IMG/VR virus record: IMGVR_UViG_3300036846_001441
Source of the DNA: an uncultured virus (IMG/VR IMGVR_UViG_3300036846_001441)
Taxonomy: Duplodnaviria > Heunggongvirae > Uroviricota > Caudoviricetes
Reading direction: 5' to 3' (one strand)
DNA length: 20,000 nucleotides
The position numbers and the translations under genes were made by a program. The notes beneath the pieces are model-generated. The model saw only the letters and a program-made list of their open reading frames with translations. It searched no databases and was not told the DNA's origin. Below are positions 16,691-20,000 of this stretch, piece by piece (the stretch's first letter is position 1; every line of letters starts with the position of its first letter).

Positions 16691-16912
16691 TCACCTCCCA
16701 AGAAAATGGACCATGGGGCTACCGAGAAGAAGAGACGCGACGCAGATGATAAATATCAGGAGAACGATGAGCAAGTAGATGCGCTGAATGTTCCATGGGA
16801 TTGGCCACTCAAATATCGACGCCACCCAGGCAACGATGGCCCCAACTAGCACCAGAACAGCGGCCAACAGGACGCAATTGAGAACGCCAACCAGGATCCC
16901 GGCAACACTCAT
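16691..16912 (-). CDS. Holin-like small membrane protein (two transmembrane segments)
   Basis: 73 aa with two long hydrophobic stretches separated by EWPIPWNIQR, immediately upstream of the amidase. Confidence 0.65.
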   Translation of the reverse strand: MSVAGILVGVLNCVLLAAVLVLVGAIVAWVASIFEWPIPWNIQRIYLLIVLLIFIICVASLLLGSPMVHFLGR

Positions 16913-16970
16913 ATTTTGCCTCTCTCAAGAGAGCCAATTCCGGCCACGGCGATGGCCAGGTACGCGACCA

Positions 16971-17195
16971 TCAGCAGGCGACTCCTTCGGCTCTGGTTGC
17001 AGCCTTTACAGCCCACATTGCGGCGTCCTCAAAGTATGTCATCGCGAAGGACCACAGACGGCCAACCTCAGGGTCGCTGGTCTCAATAGTCCCTTCGTGA
17101 CACATGTCAATCAAGACCGCAGCCATACGCTTAATCTCATTAACCTTCCTGTTGTTTCCAAATATGATCCCCACACGATATTCACCTAGTGTCAT
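16971..17195 (-). CDS. Small helical-hairpin protein resembling Acb2/Tad1-type nucleotide-signal sponges
   Basis: MTLGEYRVGIIFGNNRKVNEIKRMAAVLIDMC...EVGRLWSFAMTYFEDAAMWAVKAAT. SD GGAG upstream of ATG 17195. An alternative ATG at 17216 overlaps the terL stop. Confidence 0.65.
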   Translation of the reverse strand: MTLGEYRVGIIFGNNRKVNEIKRMAAVLIDMCHEGTIETSDPEVGRLWSFAMTYFEDAAMWAVKAATRAEGVAC

Positions 17196-17212
17196 TATCC
17201 TACTCCATTGAC

Positions 17213-18814
17213 TCATGCGATCATGGCAGAGATGTCCAGCGCCTTCGGCCGCTCCTTGACCATCCCCGCGGACAGGGCCATGGCCATGGCGACCAGTGCG
17301 TCGATCCTGCTCCTGTACTTGGACTGACTCTTGTCGAACTTCCTGCCTCCGGCGTGGTCCTTGACGATGACTGCGTTGTTGGCGCACCACGTCAGCACGG
17401 GATTGTTGCCGTGACGAATCTTGCCCTGAACGATTAACCGCTCAATGGCATCGACGGCGGGAGACATGTCCTTGAATCCCATGCCATGCTCGACCAGGGG
17501 GACGCTGCAGCCAATCGCCTCCATCTCTCGCTTCACCTCCGCCATCCTCCACCTGTCGAACGCCAGGCCCTTGATTGGAGTGATGGAGTTGATCCTGGCT
17601 ATCTCGGCGGCAACCGCCCTGGGATCTGTGGCTATGCCAGACGCGACGATGATGCCCTGCTTCTCCCAGACGTCGTAGGGGACGCCGTCCTCATCGCTTC
17701 GCTCCTTCAGGTTGCCGGGCACCCACACCGTGGGATGAACATGCCACTCGCCGCTCCTCTCATCGTGCCTGGCCGTGACGATGGCCGTGAGGTCTCGCGT
17801 GCTGCCCAGGTCAAGGCCCGCCCACACGGCAGAGCCTGGAGGAATGATTGCATCGCCCCCGCACGCCTTCCACGCCGTTGGCTCCATGAACCTCGACTCC
17901 GAGGCCACTCGCTGGTTCAGGATCAGGTTGCGAAACGCATTCTCCTTCGTCGGCATCCGCTTGGCCTGATCGGCCAGCCGCCTGACGTCCTCCAGGCTCC
18001 TGAAGTCATTCAGCGCTGGATTGGCTGCCTTCCACGCCGTTATCAGCCACGGGTCGGCATCCTCCGGCGCGGCGTAGAGCGTAAGGTGAAATGCCGGGTC
18101 AATGATCTCCTTGGAATTGACCTTGATGCCGTAGTCGATGAGGTGAGAGAGCGGGGCATAGCTATCGGCCGCCTGGGTGGAGATGATGAGCATCAGCGGC
18201 TCCCTCCTCGCACCCATGGCGCTGTCCATGGCGTCGTACAGCTCCCTGTTCAGGGCCTGACCATACTCGTCGTACACCACGAAGCTGGGCGACAGCCCCA
18301 TCTTGGTCTTCGCCTCGCTGGTGAGGGTGTGATAGATCGTGCCGTTGTGGAGGTCCTCCATGCTCTTGGTGAACTTCGATATGTTTATTCGCGCCGCCAG
18401 CCAGGGATGGCGCAGCACGATGGCCTCCATCTCGTTGAATATCTTTCCGGCCTGGAACCTGTCGTTGGCACAGGCGTAGACCTCACCCCTCGGCTCGGCC
18501 TCTGGGCCGGAGAGGTGACACAGCGCCATGGCGGCGGCGAGCTGGGTCTTGCCGTTCTTCCTGGCCATCGACAGGATCGCGGTGCGAACCGGGCGAATGC
18601 CCCTATTGTCCTCCCTGTAGACCGCCTTGATGAACCGCTTCTGAAAGGGCCTCAGCACCAGCTTCTTACCGGCCTCGGCGCCGGACGTGACGTAGAGGTC
18701 CTCGCAGAACGCCATCACTCGCTCGTCCCGCTCGAGGTCGAAATTGTCCCACGGGACCGGCATCTCAGGCGGCGGCTTCTGCTTGGGTCTTGCTCCTATC
18801 CCTCTGCGACCCAT
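17213..18814 (-). CDS. terL: Terminase large subunit (HK97-like, Terminase_1 type)
   Basis: LRPFQ, Walker A MARKNGKT, Walker B VVYDE, IISTQ coupling motif, WKAANPAL, and nuclease motifs AGLDLG, FDRW and RIDALVAMAMA. Confidence 0.97.
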   Translation of the reverse strand: MGRRGIGARPKQKPPPEMPVPWDNFDLERDERVMAFCEDLYVTSGAEAGKKLVLRPFQKRFIKAVYREDNRGIRPVRTAILSMARKNGKTQLAAAMALCHLSGPEAEPRGEVYACANDRFQAGKIFNEMEAIVLRHPWLAARINISKFTKSMEDLHNGTIYHTLTSEAKTKMGLSPSFVVYDEYGQALNRELYDAMDSAMGARREPLMLIISTQAADSYAPLSHLIDYGIKVNSKEIIDPAFHLTLYAAPEDADPWLITAWKAANPALNDFRSLEDVRRLADQAKRMPTKENAFRNLILNQRVASESRFMEPTAWKACGGDAIIPPGSAVWAGLDLGSTRDLTAIVTARHDERSGEWHVHPTVWVPGNLKERSDEDGVPYDVWEKQGIIVASGIATDPRAVAAEIARINSITPIKGLAFDRWRMAEVKREMEAIGCSVPLVEHGMGFKDMSPAVDAIERLIVQGKIRHGNNPVLTWCANNAVIVKDHAGGRKFDKSQSKYRSRIDALVAMAMALSAGMVKERPKALDISAMIA

Positions 18815-18858
18815 GCGCGTCCTAGCCCAACATCAGCACGAACGCTGCTCGACGGGAT

Positions 18859-18964
18859 TCAGCCTGACGCGGACGTCGGGTCGGTGCCGAAATCCGTGAT
18901 GACGCTCGCATTGCCGTCTCCCGCAAAAGAGAGACGCGGCGCAGGCCAGCAGAATTTTACGCAT
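18859..18964 (-). pseudogene. Possible frameshifted and truncated remnant of a signal-peptide (secreted) protein gene
   Basis: SD GGAGA and ATG 18964 give MRKILLACAASLF. A one-base shift at the T run continues AGDGNA/SVITDFGTDPTSASG* to the TGA at 18861-18859. Confidence 0.35.
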
Positions 18965-18994
18965 TCCAAAGGTCTCCATGTGACATTGACGAGA

Positions 18995-19048
18995 GGAAGG
19001 AGGCCCACCGTTGCTGGGGGCGGGGGGGACGGAAGGACCTCCTTCCGT
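18995..19048. promoter_or_regulatory. Alternative hairpins downstream of the Pro-rich gene
   Basis: ACGGAAGG-acct-CCTTCCGT (19029-19048) is a perfect 8-bp stem. CCTCCTTCC (19038-19046) can instead pair with GGAAGGAGG (18995-19003). Confidence 0.4.
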
Positions 19049-19102
19049 TGGCGAGGAGCCCGACTCAGGGAGGGTAGGAAGGCCCCTCACTCAACGCATG
19101 TT

Positions 19103-19696
19103 TTACCTCTGCGATGGAGTCGGAGCGGGCACGTTCGGAATGCCCACGATGACCCATCCAGTTCTCAGCGACCATCCCGCGTGCCAGTCGATGATCCTCG
19201 GCGGCTCTGCCGGTAGGATCGGATCGCCCCAAATCTGAGGAGGAGGCACGCCACCCCAGAATCCATCCGGCGGCACACCGGGCGGGAGAACGGGCTCGTG
19301 CCAGATGCCGGGCGGAGGCTTCTCAGTCCCAGGCGGCAGCACGATCGGAGGCGTCGGGAAGGGCTCATTGCCTCCGCCCCAAATGCCGGGAGGCTGACCA
19401 CCAGGGGCGATGGGATGAGCAGGGTGACCAGGAGAGGGCCAGATGCCGGGAGGCTGACCACCAGGGGCAATGGGATGAGCCGGATGCCCTGGCGAGGGCC
19501 AGATGCCGGGGGGAGGGCCACCTGGAGGCGAGGGCCAGATGCCAGGAGGAGGGCCACCCGGCGCAATGGGGTGAGCTGGCCAACCCGGAACGCCAAAGCC
19601 AGGATCAACCGGCGAAGGAGGATACACGGGGCCTCCGCCCACGCTCAGCGTGGGGTCATACAGCTCCCCGATGAAGACGACTTGCCTGCCAGTCAT
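19103..19696 (-). CDS. Pro/Gly/Trp-rich repeat protein of unknown function
   Basis: SD AAAGGA. Repeats of PPGIWPSPGHPAHPIAPGG, with a non-repetitive beta-like N-terminus and a Trp-rich C-terminus. Confidence 0.8.
   Translation of the reverse strand: MTGRQVVFIGELYDPTLSVGGGPVYPPSPVDPGFGVPGWPAHPIAPGGPPPGIWPSPPGGPPPGIWPSPGHPAHPIAPGGQPPGIWPSPGHPAHPIAPGGQPPGIWGGGNEPFPTPPIVLPPGTEKPPPGIWHEPVLPPGVPPDGFWGGVPPPQIWGDPILPAEPPRIIDWHAGWSLRTGWVIVGIPNVPAPTPSQR
19379..19585. repeat. Degenerate 60-bp tandem repeat with partial copies inside the Pro-rich gene
   Basis: 19381-19440 and 19441-19500 align at period 60 with mostly synonymous differences. Partial copies continue to about 19585. Confidence 0.9.
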
Positions 19697-19731
19697 GTGC
19701 TCTTTCCTTTCTGAGGGCTCGTCACTTGAAA

Positions 19732-19981
19732 CCGCGTATTTTACGCGGGAATTATCGCTAGGACTATAGTCTAGCGAGGGATTGCTACGTTAATGTTACG
19801 CGTCGCGAGAGAAGAATTTTCTTCTCCACAGGAAGCGTCACGAGAGGTAACATTAAGCCTACAAAAATAGGACCATTCTTACGTTGTTTCATGCTATTTA
19901 TGGGCTTTTAATCCCATTTTTGGGGGTAAAACGAGACTTTTTTACTACTTTTTGGAGAAATTTTTGCCACAAAAATACAAA
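19732..19981. promoter_or_regulatory. AT-rich non-coding region with clustered palindromes and phased A/T tracts (late promoter and/or packaging initiation region)
   Basis: Inverted repeats at 19732-19748, 19755-19777, 19809-19826 and 19790-19799/19847-19856. A/T tracts start at 19906, 19917, 19928, 19938, 19949, 19961 and 19971. Confidence 0.6.
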
Positions 19982-20000
19982 TGGTATGTATAGAAATTCG

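Noticed and set aside
17217..17390. N-terminal 58 aa of the 139-aa ORF 16971..17390
   Set aside because: Overlaps terL out of frame; better starts exist at 17216 and 17195.
17486..19216. 576-aa plus-strand ORF
   Set aside because: Antisense shadow of terL, expected from GC-rich codon bias; no motifs.
19379..19585. 60-bp periodic repeat as a CRISPR array
   Set aside because: No unique spacers; the unit is a multiple of three with synonymous variation, so it is a coding repeat. No cas genes are present.
19700..19800. A specific sigma70 promoter for the late operon
   Set aside because: Minus-strand GATAAT and TAAAAT hexamers exist but lack a credible -35 at correct spacing, so no promoter was called.
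1..20000. tRNA, rRNA, integrase or transposase genes
   Set aside because: None recognisable; prophage versus free phage cannot be decided from this window.

Overview
This window is the late (morphogenesis) operon of a tailed dsDNA phage or prophage, almost entirely on the minus strand. Read from right to left it contains: an AT-rich, palindrome-dense control or packaging region; a Pro-rich repeat protein; a frameshifted signal-peptide gene remnant; the large terminase; a small Acb2/Tad1-like helical-hairpin protein; a holin-like protein; an amidase endolysin; a three-part cargo/prohead-protease/major-capsid ORF with two internal ribosome-binding sites; a small protein; the portal; a collagen-like protein; the head-tail connector; a second divergent major-capsid paralogue; neck genes; a tail-terminator-like domain fused to a lower-GC repeat module; a DUF2635-like gene; a plus-strand GIY-YIG/NUMOD3 homing endonuclease; a Mu-like sheath and tube; a tail chaperone with a predicted -1 frameshift; and the 5' part of a tape-measure gene. 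The head is HK97-like and the contractile tail is Mu-like. All family assignments come from motif recognition by eye; no searches were run. The most notable items are the two capsid paralogues, the nested-start capsid polyprotein, the candidate anti-CBASS/Thoeris sponge placed directly after terL, and the fused neck appendage.
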